This document shows positions 13,041 through 24,704 of a DNA stretch of 64,000 bases, one piece after another. The DNA lies in NCBI GenBank assembly GCA_013265495.1, contig MU061578.1:4847308-4911307 (forward strand). The letters run 5' to 3'. The notes under the pieces are model-generated. The model was not told the origin of the DNA, did not search any database, and was given only the letters and a program-made list of their open reading frames with translations. This DNA is from Vicugna vicugna (lineage: Eukaryota). The position numbers were made by a program, and so were the translations under genes. The number at the start of each line of letters is the position of its first letter. The first letter of the stretch is position 1.

Positions 13041-14458
13041 GTGAGGAAGCCTACGTGTGTTGTCATGAGCATGGCAGCTTCGTCCCGTATTTATGATGCT
13101 GTTTATGTTGCTTTTGCTGTCTGAACACTTGCTAAAGTAACATTTCAGAAGAGGTGGAAGAAGTTACATTTAGAAATGTGGCATTCAGTGAAATGCTTAC
13201 ATTCTAGAGTAAGTTAGACCAGCAGTTACACATTTGATTGTTTTGTAATGATATTGAATTGTTTGAGGGAAGGATGGTAGCATTTTACAGAAACCAGTGC
13301 CTTCTTTACGTTTCTCTGCGTACTTTTCTGTGTATAAAAATGTGTGTTTGCCTTTGGCTTTCTGCACACCCCGGGAGGGCAGTGGGACAACGTGGAAACC
13401 CGCTCATCCTCTGTCCTTCACCGTAAGCATCACATCCCTGACGAAGGCCCATGAACCAGTCCTCTCTTTGACTCGTGCCCTCCACTTCACTGTCAATTTT
13501 TGGTCTCCCTCTTTGTGAAGGGTTTAGGGTGACCTCCCTCTAGGGAACTGACTGCTCTTAGAAATTAAGCCAACAGTCTGCACCACCTTGTAGAGTGACC
13601 ATGCAGTTGACAGAAGCCTTGGGCTTGTAAGCCAGCCAAATGGGAATCCAGGTCCCAGGGTTTATAGTTTCATATGATTATAAAACAGATATCAGCAGTT
13701 CTGCCATGGAAAGTCTCCTACATGCAATCAAGAATACGTAAGAGTTCTCAGGATTTTGTCATCAACCATTTGTTCCTGCCTTTTTCATCCTGACATATTT
13801 GGAGGCCTGCCTAGGTCTACGCCATCAGAAAACCTTAGTCCCTTCTACTCCAGTGCTGACATACCCCACCCTGACTCTGCCCATATGGCTGGTGACTCTG
13901 CCTTAGAAGTGGGGCCATTATCTCTTAGGAGACTCTCAAACCAGGGATCTTTGCCTTTCAATATATTGTTCCCAAAAGCTGACCCTAGCACATTAAGTAC
14001 ACTATACTGAAACAAGGGTTGCTTACAGTAAAGACTGTTTTTGAGGCTTGGCAGCAAAATTCAGTGACCATAACCCTTGGACTATAGCAGTGACAACTCA
14101 GAGACAGGTCACAGCAGGTGAGGGGGGCTGTGTCTTCCTAGTGCTTTGAATGTAACCAACTCGCATGTGCTGGCTGAGCAAAACTGCAGAGGGGGCACCC
14201 TTTCCCCAAAGCCTGAGTACTTAGGGGAGAAGAGGCAGCCCCACTTGGAAGGTTGTTGGATTGGATATCCCTTATTTTGTCTGTGCAGAACTCTTTTACC
14301 CATTTTCTGGTAAAAGACACAATCACGCAGCCTCAGGTGTCCCCTTGTGACTTTCTGCTCTTTCTCTCATATTGTAGCATCTTGGCTGTAGGGGTGCCTT
14401 TCCTGCTTCTCTCTGTACGTGAGAGGCTAGGCGTGAACCTTCTGAATTGTCAGTTGTT

Positions 14459-14525
14459 TCGCATCTTCATTCTTTTTTTTTTTCTCGCATCTTCATTCTT
14501 TTTTTTTCCTCGCATCTTCATTCTT
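14459..14525 (+). repeat. Triplicated TCGCATCTTCATTCTT(T)n unit
   Basis: Three direct copies separated by T runs, upstream of the exon 5 acceptor. Confidence 0.9.
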
Positions 14526-14563
14526 AATCTCTTTTGCTTGCTATCCACTGTTTTCTCACATAG

Positions 14564-14821
14564 GATACAGCAAAGAAGGCTTCCTGGCCATACAGCATGC
14601 AACAGATAAAGCCATCATGTGGCACCACGCTCTCAATGCAACGACTAAGATGTTTGAGAGCCTCAACGTGCTTGTGAAGAGATTCCCACACGGAGCCTAT
14701 GTCCAGGACAGGTTCTTCCTGGTCCTGCAGGACGAGTTCCCTGTTCTCCTCATGCTCAGCTTCATCTGCATTGAGCTCATCACCATCAACTCCATTGTAC
14801 TGGAGAAAGAGAAAACTGAAG
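14564..14821 (+). pseudogene. ABCA17: Coding exon 5 with 2-nt deletion near its 3' end
   Basis: GYSKEGFLAIQHATDKAIMWHH...EFPVLLMLSFICIEL. The expected EKERKLK reads GAGAAAGAGAAAACTGAAG. Length 258 nt where phase requires 260; gtaact donor. Confidence 0.9.
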
Positions 14822-17800
14822 GTAACTCCATCTAGGTCAGATGTGTGCCTCTCTCAGGACAGAAAGGGATGGAAGATGCTAATAAAAAACGGCCAGAGTA
14901 AGAGTGAGGCCAGGGCAGGTGAGAGGTTGCTCAGGTATCAGAGCAACCTCCAGAGTGAGTTGGAACTTGGATTAACCTGCTTGCGACTAAGGTGGTGCCA
15001 TCTGTCATTACGTGAATTCTTGCTTTTAGACTGGGAGTGTCCAGCCCAGTGGTTCCTGATTTGCTAGCACACTGCCTCACACATGATAGGTGTTCAGAAA
15101 ATGCTCATGGAATGACTAACTGATAACTGAGGGGATAATCATCCAAAATGAACTCATTTGCATTTTGCTGTGAGGTAGACGGGAAGCGTTCTCAGAGAAG
15201 ACACAACTTAATACACGGTTGATCTTGCGGAGTTACTCCACTTTTTGCACTCCTCTGTTGGCTTATATAATCTCTCCTGTTACTTCTCACTTTTTGCACT
15301 TGCAGAAAAGTCTCCTCACTCTTTAGTTTTCTTCTCTTCTTTATTGATTCTTATGTATTAAAATAGCCTGCCAGTGGCTCCCTGAGCCATGCTTGGCCTC
15401 ACCAGTGATGTCTGGTTTGCTCTGTCTTCCTGTGTACTCAGGCACAAGGAGCAGTCTCATTGCTGCTGCCTTGTGAGGCTGCGAGTGGGAGCACTTCCTC
15501 TGACATGGTGGAGAGGTAGGGAACCTGCTTTCTGCTGCGATAGGTGACAGTGGGACAGTGACCTAACTGGCAGGCCTCTCCACTGACTAAAAAACCCCAG
15601 GGAAACTAGAAGCTTCCCCTGTGTTGTTGGAAACCCCTTTTAGTTCCCAGGTGTGAGAGGGAGTTTTCTCTTTCCAATTTGTTGAATTGTTTCAGCAACA
15701 AATTGGTGGAGGGAGGGGTGGGCATCAAATACTTGCACTTAGGTCATTGATTGGTTGTGTGTTTCCTGTGTCATGCTTGAGTCTGCTATTTAGACAAGAG
15801 TTAAAGAACACTTTCGAAAAACTTAAAAATAACCACCAATGGTATTTAAAAGTAGGACACAAACCTCTTAAAACTCTGGAGAAGATAAAGAGAAAGAAAA
15901 TATAGTCCCAATACTAAAAGACAGAAAACAAAGGAAATCACAACAAACAAACAAACAAACAAATAAACAGAATAGAAAGCATAATGTTACACAAGATAGC
16001 AGAAGACCAAACATGGCAGTTATAAAATAACAGATGTCAATGGGGTTACCTTTCCTATTAAAAGGAAAAGAAATTTTAGACTAGCTCAAGAAACAAAATC
16101 CAAGTAACAAAAAATGGCATAAAACATGTTGTTAGTTGATTTAATAGTGCGTGCTTGTATACTGCACTTTCCAGGTGCTGGGCACCGCGGTAGGACCATT
16201 CATTCCTTTCACCCTCCTACCTTTTGCTTGGCCCTCCAGGTGCACTCTTCACTTTGCTCCACCCTCCACTCTGCCCTGAAGGCTGAGCTGCCCGTGGTCC
16301 AAAACGTGCTACTATGGGGAGGCAGCCGAAGAACCTCAGAGGAAGGAAGTAGGAGGCTGAGGTCAGGTCATGTAGTGTCCCCCAACTCCAGCCCCCTCCC
16401 AACCAGTCCTTCTGGGCTCCGTTTCTCTCTTAGCTGAAGGTCACTGTTCTCTCAAGATATCTTGATCCACAAGACTCTTTCCCCTTATGAGCTCTGGTAA
16501 CCTCTCTTCTTTCTCACCCCTTTGGGCCCAAGATGGTAAGAACTTGCTGCTAGCCCTAGGTTTCTGCACTGTCCTGTAGTGTTTCCTGTCCCTGTGTAAG
16601 TATTTGTAATTAGGCCTCTTATAAACAAACCTTCCTCAGATTATTCTAATTTGAGTGTACTGTCTGTTTCCTTTAGGGAGCATAACTGATACACAATTCT
16701 ATGAGACAACTACTACTATTCTTCTTATTTAGTAGAGGAGGTAACCTGGGGCACACAGAGATTAGTAATTGCAAGATAACTTTATACAGGACAGAGCAAC
16801 TAGCAATAAAAAACAAGTTTCATTCTCAGATAAATAATTTCTCTCCCTAAGCAAAGTGAAATAGATTTCCAATAATTAAGCTTCAGCTTTTCCAAGTGGA
16901 ATCTTAGGTGAAATATGCCAGAGAGGCAGACGCTCTATTTCAGTGAATTGTCTGAAAAAGGTCATCCTCTGGGGAGTTTTGTAAAAGCCTTTAGCCTTGG
17001 AGGCTTGATAAGGTCATGGAGTTGGCTCCTCCTTTCTGTCCAGATGGTAGCTTGAGACTCAGCCCAAACTTTTCAGCTCTTCTTCGGTGAGGAGCCAGGA
17101 GCGGGTGAGTCATATTCCAGGAGGAGTCGTTCATATGGAATCTGTTCCATGAGGGAGAATGCCTGGGCAGAGTCTGTCCCTGGGACCAAGGTGGGAGAAT
17201 AGGAGGGAGGCGGTCAACTAGTGTCACTTTCCCCTTTGAACAGAGAATATAAGCAGTATTTGTTGATCTAGTTTTGATCTGGTCTGACTATGTAAATGGG
17301 TTAAGGAGGATTAAAGTAGATTGTCTTTAAGTTGGAAGCCTGCTGGACCACCCCTCCCACCTGGCATAAGCCTTTAGCTCCAGTTGAATAGGTCCCTTTC
17401 CTATTCCTTAAATAGGTGCTAGCTGTCCCCCTGCAGCTAGGCTCCTCTGTTTGGAATGCCCTCTCCCTCAAAATTCACATTTTAGTTCACGCCCTTCAGG
17501 AAGCCTTTCTAAATTTCGTTAAGTTTTCATCCCATCTTCCCATAGCATGTTGTTCCCACTTCTATTATAGTACAGCTGGAGCTTTCTTAACTCACCTCCA
17601 TGTAATCAGTTCCCAGATTAGCCGGCCCTCCATCACTTCCAAAAAGCTCTTGGCTTGGAGCGCCCAGCACGTGGCAGCTTGTGAGCTTCTCTCTCCTGCG
17701 TGCAGGCTTATCTCCGCTCACCTGCTGAGTCATGTGCTTGTCAAGGGCTGTTCCTACATCTCTTTGTACCTGTACATGTTCTAATACTTTGTCCTTTAAT

Positions 17801-19332
17801 TAAATTTTCTATAAATGGATGAAAGGGATTGGAGTTGCCTTTGAAAATTTATTTGAATGTTTTGGAAAGATTCAGTAATGCAGATTTAGTAAGCCTTCAG
17901 TAAAGATTTTTACAGAACTCCCCAGTGGACGACCTTTTTCAGGCAATTCGCCGAAATAGAGCGTATGCCTCTCTGGCATATTTCATCTAAGATTCCACTT
18001 GGAAAAGCTGAAGCTTAATTATTGGAAATTTGTTTCACTTTGCTTGGGGAGAAATATTATTTATCTGATAATGAAGCCAGTTTTCTATTGCTAGTTGTAC
18101 TGTACTGTATAAAGTTATCTTGCAACATGCTTTCTCTAAAAGCATGATAGTAAATTTCTTGCGGGTAAAACCACCATAAAATTTGGGGGAAAAGATGACA
18201 AAAGCCTGGGAAGAGTCTGTACTAGGCTGATTCACACCTGTATTTATGTCCTCAGTACACTTTCACGACTGTGATCCTGGAGTGAGCTTTACAGTGGATG
18301 TGACACTTGTGCTCCAATGAGCAGGCCCACACTTTGAAAGAAGAGTTCATGTTCTGACATCAGAATACTGGCACACCTTACACATTCGTGTGTTACATAA
18401 AATTTTAAGTCATGTGCGTATCATTTTTGTGATTCTCTGGTTTAACCAAGTTGTTTTTGATCTATTGACCTATTACCAGATCCAATCTTAAAAGAGAAAT
18501 GCGCTGCTTCTACACTTAGGGTGTGCAGGATACAGGGTTAGTATCATATGTATCTCCAGTACTAGGTTGTGAACTTCTGGAAGGCAGTAGCTCTGCATGG
18601 TACCCAGTGTAGTGCTTTGCATTTATTCACTTATCAAACATTTATCGAGTTACTTATATTTATCAGACATGTGCATTAGAGGTGCAGATATAAATCACAG
18701 TCCTTTCCCTCAGGCGATTCATGGCAATAAAGCCACATGTTACGAAAGAATCCCAAGTACTAAGGTAATGGGATGTGTAGATATGATGGCTGTGTGGAGG
18801 ATGGCAAAACTGACCGGAGAAGACTTCGCAGGGCAAGTAATTCTTGAACTAGGTTTTGAAAATTTAGCAAGATTTCACTAGGTAAAGATAGGATGGGAGG
18901 AAAAAGAGAACAACATGTGTGAGAAGAAAAAAAGAAAAAGACACGGTGTGTTCAGTGAAATTAGAGGAAGTGTTTTGCTGACCAGAGCACAGGATGCTGA
19001 GGAGTTTAGATTCTATCCTCAAGGACACAGGAGCCGTTCGCTTATATCAGTGTTCAATAAATGAATGAACTAACAGTATACTGACCATTACAAATGAAGA
19101 ATAATTTTAACCCAAGGCCTATCTCTACCAGATAAACACCACTCTCTGGTTTGTGAGTCTCTTTCCAACTCACTCAGCCTCCATCACCCCATGATCCACC
19201 TCTTCCTAGGAAACACTTGTGACCCTTCATCCCAGACTCCTCGAGTTTCAGTAACAGACAGCTAAACCAGCCAGCTGAAACTGAGCATCCGACTGTGTAA
19301 CATCTGTTTTTTTTTTTTTTTGCTTTTTCTAG

Positions 19333-19449
19333 GAGTACACATGTAAGATGGGACTGCACAACTGGCAGCACTGGGTTGCTTGGTTCATCGTGTTCTTCAT
19401 TTGGGCCTTCATTGTTGTTCCTTTCATGATCATTCTCTTCTGCATAGAG
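19333..19449 (+). pseudogene. ABCA17: Coding exon 6 (EYTCKMGLHNWQHWVAWF...LFCIE)
   Basis: Long T tract plus ag, 117 nt open, gtacat donor. Confidence 0.9.
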
Positions 19450-20130
19450 GTACATGTCTCTTGTCTTTCAGGATGTGCTGGGCTATGAAGACATGGGGAG
19501 AAAATTTGGTGTGGTATGGGTGGTGGTGCTGAGATTCAGTAGATGATGAAAACAGTTATTGATGAACATTTAAAAAAATCTCAGGTTAATATGTGGTGGT
19601 GTTTGCTAAAACCTTGGGAGATGAAACTTTTAAACTTTATCATCTGGGAGAGTTTTGCCCTCCCTTCAGTTCCTTGGTCTTCAAGTAGTGGACGTGGGTA
19701 TGGTTAATTTATTAGGAAAGTGGAATTCCAGAAGATGTATTTTATAAACTTTAAAACATTGCAAATTTTGTGCTCCATAAATAATTGAAAATAGTTATTG
19801 TAAAACATAAAGGCATTCTTTTATGCCCAAGGTATCTTGTTAATTTTTCCTTTTATGCTGTCAGTAGAATTTAGTGTTCCAATTCCCTAACTTGTGTTTA
19901 ATAACTAAATTACAGTAATATGAACATATGAAAATTTATCTTCTAAATTATCAGAATTGGAGTACTTTGGACAAAGGAAGGCAAGAAAATCCAGACAATA
20001 TGGCAAAATATGTAAAACAAAGAAAATGGCCAGAAAGCAATAAAAAGAGGAGATATATGATATTAAAAGGGACACTAAAATTATTTGCAATAGTTTTAAT
20101 GGTAAATGGGAAAGCTCTCTTTTTAAAGAA

Positions 20131-20251
20131 TTTTGGGGATGGTAATTAAGTTATTTATTTATAATTTTTTAAAATGGAGGTATGCGGGATTAAACCCACA
20201 ACCTCATTCAAGCTAAGCATGAACTCTACCATTGAGCTATACTCTCCCCCC
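20131..20251 (-). mobile_element. tRNA-Ala-derived SINE (Vic-1-like), diverged
   Basis: Reverse complement GGGGGAGAGTATAGCTCAATGGTAGAGTTCATGCTTAGC...CATACCTCCA has the same architecture as the 35704 copy. Confidence 0.8.
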
Positions 20252-20789
20252 AAAAAACTCCTATTAAAGCAAAAAACAAATTCATATGGGGCCAAAAATT
20301 GAATTCAAACTCAAACTTTCCTTAAAAAAAGATACATGTGCAAAGCACAGTTTATAGATGGTAATGGAAGCTAGATCAAAGGTCTGCCTTAAAAATCTAT
20401 ATTGTTTTGTTTAAGATAACCTTGTTTTTTAAATAATGCATTGTTTTAACAATGCAATGTCTTATCTTCATTCTTTCATGTAAAAATTATGTGTATCTGT
20501 TATTGTTTTGTAGGTAAACTATGCAGCAGTGTTCAGAAACAGTGACCCTACTTTGATATTTGTTTTTCTTTTTAACATTTTTTTGAGTAATAGTCATTTT
20601 ACAATGTTTTGTCAAATTCTAGTGTAGAGCACAATTTTTCAGTTATATATGAACATATATATATTCATTGTCACATTTTTTTCACTATGAGCTACCACAA
20701 GATCTTGTTTATATTTCCCTGTGCTATACAGTATAATCATGTTTATCTATTCTGCATTTTAAAATCCCAGTATGTCCCTTCCTTTCTCT

Positions 20790-21190
20790 NNNNNNNNNNN
20801 NNNNNNNNNNNNNNNNNNNNNNNNNNNNNNNNNNNNNNNNNNNNNNNNNNNNNNNNNNNNNNNNNNNNNNNNNNNNNNNNNNNNNNNNNNNNNNNNNNNN
20901 NNNNNNNNNNNNNNNNNNNNNNNNNNNNNNNNNNNNNNNNNNNNNNNNNNNNNNNNNNNNNNNNNNNNNNNNNNNNNNNNNNNNNNNNNNNNNNNNNNNN
21001 NNNNNNNNNNNNNNNNNNNNNNNNNNNNNNNNNNNNNNNNNNNNNNNNNNNNNNNNNNNNNNNNNNNNNNNNNNNNNNNNNNNNNNNNNNNNNNNNNNNN
21101 NNNNNNNNNNNNNNNNNNNNNNNNNNNNNNNNNNNNNNNNNNNNNNNNNNNNNNNNNNNNNNNNNNNNNNNNNNNNNNNNNNNNNNNNNN
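20790..21190. other. Assembly gap (401 N)
   Basis: Run of n inside the L1 3' region. Confidence 1.
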
Positions 21191-21365
21191 CTATTCCTAG
21201 TCTTTTGAGGAATCTCCATACTGTTTTCCACAATGGCTTTCCTTGCTTCCCTCTCCCACTCTTAAAGATTTAGATGTCTTCTTTTACAATTTTGTGTTTA
21301 TTCTTTTTGTTTATTCTTTCCAGTTATGAGTTTCTCATTTTTGTAGCATCCTTCTTATTTTCTAT

Positions 21366-22255
21366 TTAGAGTAGACCTGTCAATATTTCTTTTAGCATGG
21401 GTTTAGTGTTGCTAAACTTCTTTAGTTTTTGCTTGTCTGTGAAGTTCTTTATCTCTCCTTCTATTCTAAAGGATATCCTTGCTGGATAGAGTATCCTAGG
21501 CTGCATCTTTTTTTCATTCAGGACTTTGAATATATCTTGCCACTCCCTTCTGGCCTGTAGTGTTTGTGTAGAGAAATCAGCTGAGAGCCTTATGGGGGTT
21601 CCCTTGTAACTCACTCTTTGTTTTTCTCTTGCTGCCTTTAGGATCATTTCTTTATCCTTGACTCTGGCCATCTTGATTATGATATGTCTTGGTGTGGGTC
21701 TGTTTGGGTTCTTCCTGTTTGGGACCCTCTGAGCCTCCTGTACTTGGATATCTGATTCCTTTAGGTTTGGGAAGTTTTCAGTCATGATTTCTTCAAATAC
21801 CTTTTCAATCCCCTTTGTTCTTTCTTCCCCTTCTGGAACCCCTATTATGCATAGATTGGCACACTTTATATTATCCCATAGGTCCCTTATATTGTTTTCA
21901 TTGCTTTTTATTTGTTTTTCTTTCAGCTTTTCTGATTGGGTGCTTTCTGTTGTCCTGTCTTCTAGGTCATTTACGTGTTCCTCTGCATTATCTAGCCTGC
22001 TTTGTACAGCCTTCAGGTCAGCTCTCATCTCAGCAAATGAGTTTACTAATTCTACTTGGTTCTTCTTTATAGCTTCTATTTCATTTTTGACATATTTTAT
22101 ATCTGTAAACACTATTTCTTTTAGTTCCTTCAGTACTTTGATCACTCCTTTTTTGAAATCTTGATCTAGTAGGCCATCAATGTCTATTTCCTTGATCGTG
22201 CTTTCAGGGGATTTCTCTTATCTTTTAATTGGGGGTGGTTCCTCTGCTTCTTCAT
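21366..22255 (-). pseudogene. L1 ORF1p, near intact with a 1-nt frameshift near the N-terminus
   Basis: ATG at 22255 (MKKQRNHPQLK), frame change near 22220, then 259 open codons with IIGVPEGEE, RPTPRHIIIK, PIRLSADFS and ILYPARISF motifs. Confidence 0.9.
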
Positions 22256-24704
22256 ATTGCTCATCTCTCTCTGGCACTGTGGCTTAAGGAGTATCAGTTA
22301 TCTAGTTCTCCTGGAGACGCTGTGCTCTTAATGATTTTATTGAGAGGTCTTTGTGTCTTTGGCCTGTTTCGTGAACTCAGCTTGCTGTTTCCAGAGGCCC
22401 TCTGTTGGCGCTCTCTTCTGTGCTGCTCCCAGTGGCTGTTGGCTAGCAGATCGCACCCATTTCCAACACTGGGTCAGGTGCTGAGCTCTTATCCGGTGGG
22501 CGGGTGGGTCACTCCCTCTCTGGATGCCGCAGTCAGGTGCTAAACTCTGGGGAGGCAGGTGGGCGGATCGCGCCCCCTCCCAGCACCCTGGTCAGGTGCT
22601 GCGTTCCTGCCTGTTGCTCTGCTGCACTGTGCAGCTGCCTGCTCCATGCAGCTGCCTGCTCCGCCTTGGGTCCACTCCGAAGGCGAAGGCGGGCTCAGTG
22701 AAGACCACAGAACGGCCCCACCCCTGCTCCAGGCCAATCTCAGCTCCTCGTTTGTCTTGGTGGCATGAGTTCTCTGAGGTGCCAGAGCAGAAAGATCCTA
22801 TCTGCCTCCGGCTGTAAACAAGTCTCAGTCCTGCCCAGGAGGTTGCGGAGCCCCCGGGCAGATTCAGGGCTCGGCCCCTCCCCTGCCCGGACACTGCGCA
22901 CAGGAGGAGATGGCGGCTGTGGCTGCGCCCCGCCTCTCTTCTCGCGAGAAGCTCCAGTAATGGCGGCGCACGTCTGAGGAGACAAAGGCTATGGCGCCCC
23001 TCCCCCCAGGGCACACCAGCCTTGTTGCTTTGCTTTTTTTACAATTTATGGGGGACCGAGGTTGTTCTGCTCCGTATCCTCTCCCAACCTCGGCGCGCAG
23101 CCCCCTGCCGTCCCCCGGGGCCGCCTCAGCACAGCTGCCCCCATCCTCCGCCTGGTTTGGGTGGCCTGTCCTGGCCCCAGCTGCCGGCTCGCGTCTCGGG
23201 CTGGGTGTCGTGGGGACCCTCTGTGCCCGTTTAACTCAGTTCTGTCGGTCAAGGGGTGCTTGGGGCAGATCTGAACCTCGGAGGTTCCGCCTCCATCCCA
23301 CTGGCCTGTCCGTTGGAGAGGGGAGACCCAGCGAACAAGTGCCATTCCTCCTTTGCTGCTCCCTCCCTGCGGGATCGGTCTCGCACTGTTTTGCTTTTTG
23401 TTCTTTTTTCCTTTTTTCCTACCAGAGTTTTGGCGTCTTTGTCTTTCGAAGAGGGCAGTGTTCTGTCGGAGTTTGGCAGGTGCTCTGGTTGGCTGAGTGG
23501 GTCTGTAGATGTGAGTTTTGGTGTATTTGTGGGAGAGGGTGAGCTGCAAGCATCCTTCTATTCCGCCATCTTGCTTCTTCCTGATATTTGTTTTTCTAAT
23601 GTGTTTTGCCCTTGCCACAAGTTTCTTTGCATTTATGATCAGCATATTCTTCAAAAAAGGTGAGTCCTGATACAATTTTCTGTCAGCGAGTGTGTTTATG
23701 ACTTCTTTTTTCTGCTATCATTGCTATTCACATTACCTGTGGCATTATATATTGTTCCTTCAGAGTTAGGTTTTCACTTTTATGGTGACTTTTAACAATG
23801 GAATTATTCTATTTCCCATTAAAGACTTAGGGAATCATCTCCTTATATATGCTTTTGTGCTTCACTTGGCTTCCACATATTTTTTCAAGTGGATGCAAGT
23901 CCCGTTTTGGAAGGAAATAAGGGGTAAGACATCCACGGCAGGTAATTTTCCAGGTCTTGATTGTGAAGTTGGGCATAATAGTAGGGTACATAACATAGTA
24001 AGAAAGAAATTCTTGGGATTTTGGTTCTGTCAGGAAGGGTGTTACCTCTAAAATGACAGGTAGAACTAATGAACCATAAAGGACAAAAATAGTAGGAAGT
24101 GGAGTCCAAGTCAGAGTGCAGGAGAATTGAGTTGTGGTTCAACCAAAAGAGGTGTAGGTAGATAGAAACATTAATGGCAGACAGGTCCAGCAGTTGGTGA
24201 CCACCCCCAAAAAGAGAGTTTTAGAGGACGGGCAGAAATCAAAATATGGTATAAATGAAGCCAGGCAGTTTATTATTTATATTTGTGAATGTTTTAATCA
24301 GTTAGTGTTTCTAATACGTGGAACCTGGAAAATATTGGCTCTACCAAGATGGGGATGGATTCTTTGAGAGGCCAAATGGGCCTGGACACTGTGTCCTGAT
24401 TAAGATTCTATGCCTTATTTCCCACTTCTCCTGCTATTGTTTTAGGTTGGGCATGGCAGGGGTGTTGGTCAAGTAAGTTATGTGGGGAACTTGGAGCAGG
24501 TATATCAAAGGATGCCTGAAACTTGAGGCTGAAGGAACGCTAAAGGTTGAAATCTGAAAAGTTGAACTTGCATTCAAGTACAAGAAATAAACAGAGTGTG
24601 GGAAATAAAAGACAAAACCAGTGAGGTCAGAAGCACAATAAATCAGGACCAGAATGAGGAGCAATTATCAGGGAAGAGTGCCAAGCAAAAGCGAAATATA
24701 CTAC

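Larger units (their letters stand above)
20570..23581 (-). mobile_element. Young L1 with full 5'UTR and ORF1, ORF2 almost entirely deleted, inserted in exon 7
   Basis: 16-bp TSD TGATATTTGTTTTTCT at 20554-20569 and 23582-23597. The 5' end reads GGAAGAAGCAAGATGGCGG (YY1-type motif), followed by a CpG-rich 5'UTR and ORF1; the 3' tail is at 20570. Confidence 0.95.
20514..23659 (+). pseudogene. ABCA17: Coding exon 7, split by an L1 insertion (halves 20514-20569 and 23598-23659)
   Basis: Removing the insert and one TSD copy restores 118 nt reading VNYAAVFRNSDPTLIFVFLMCFALATSFFAFMISIFFKK, with tgtag acceptor and gtgagt donor. Confidence 0.93.

Noticed and set aside
11206..14821. The -1 and -2 frameshifts as a compensatory pair restoring frame
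   Set aside because: The shifted frame hits TAA at 11230-11232 almost immediately
20609..21233. Long ORFs containing X runs
   Set aside because: Artefacts of the N gap
22229..23675. Cluster of 100-209 aa ORFs on both strands
   Set aside because: They lie in the GC-rich L1 5'UTR, overlap in all frames and show no recognisable motifs
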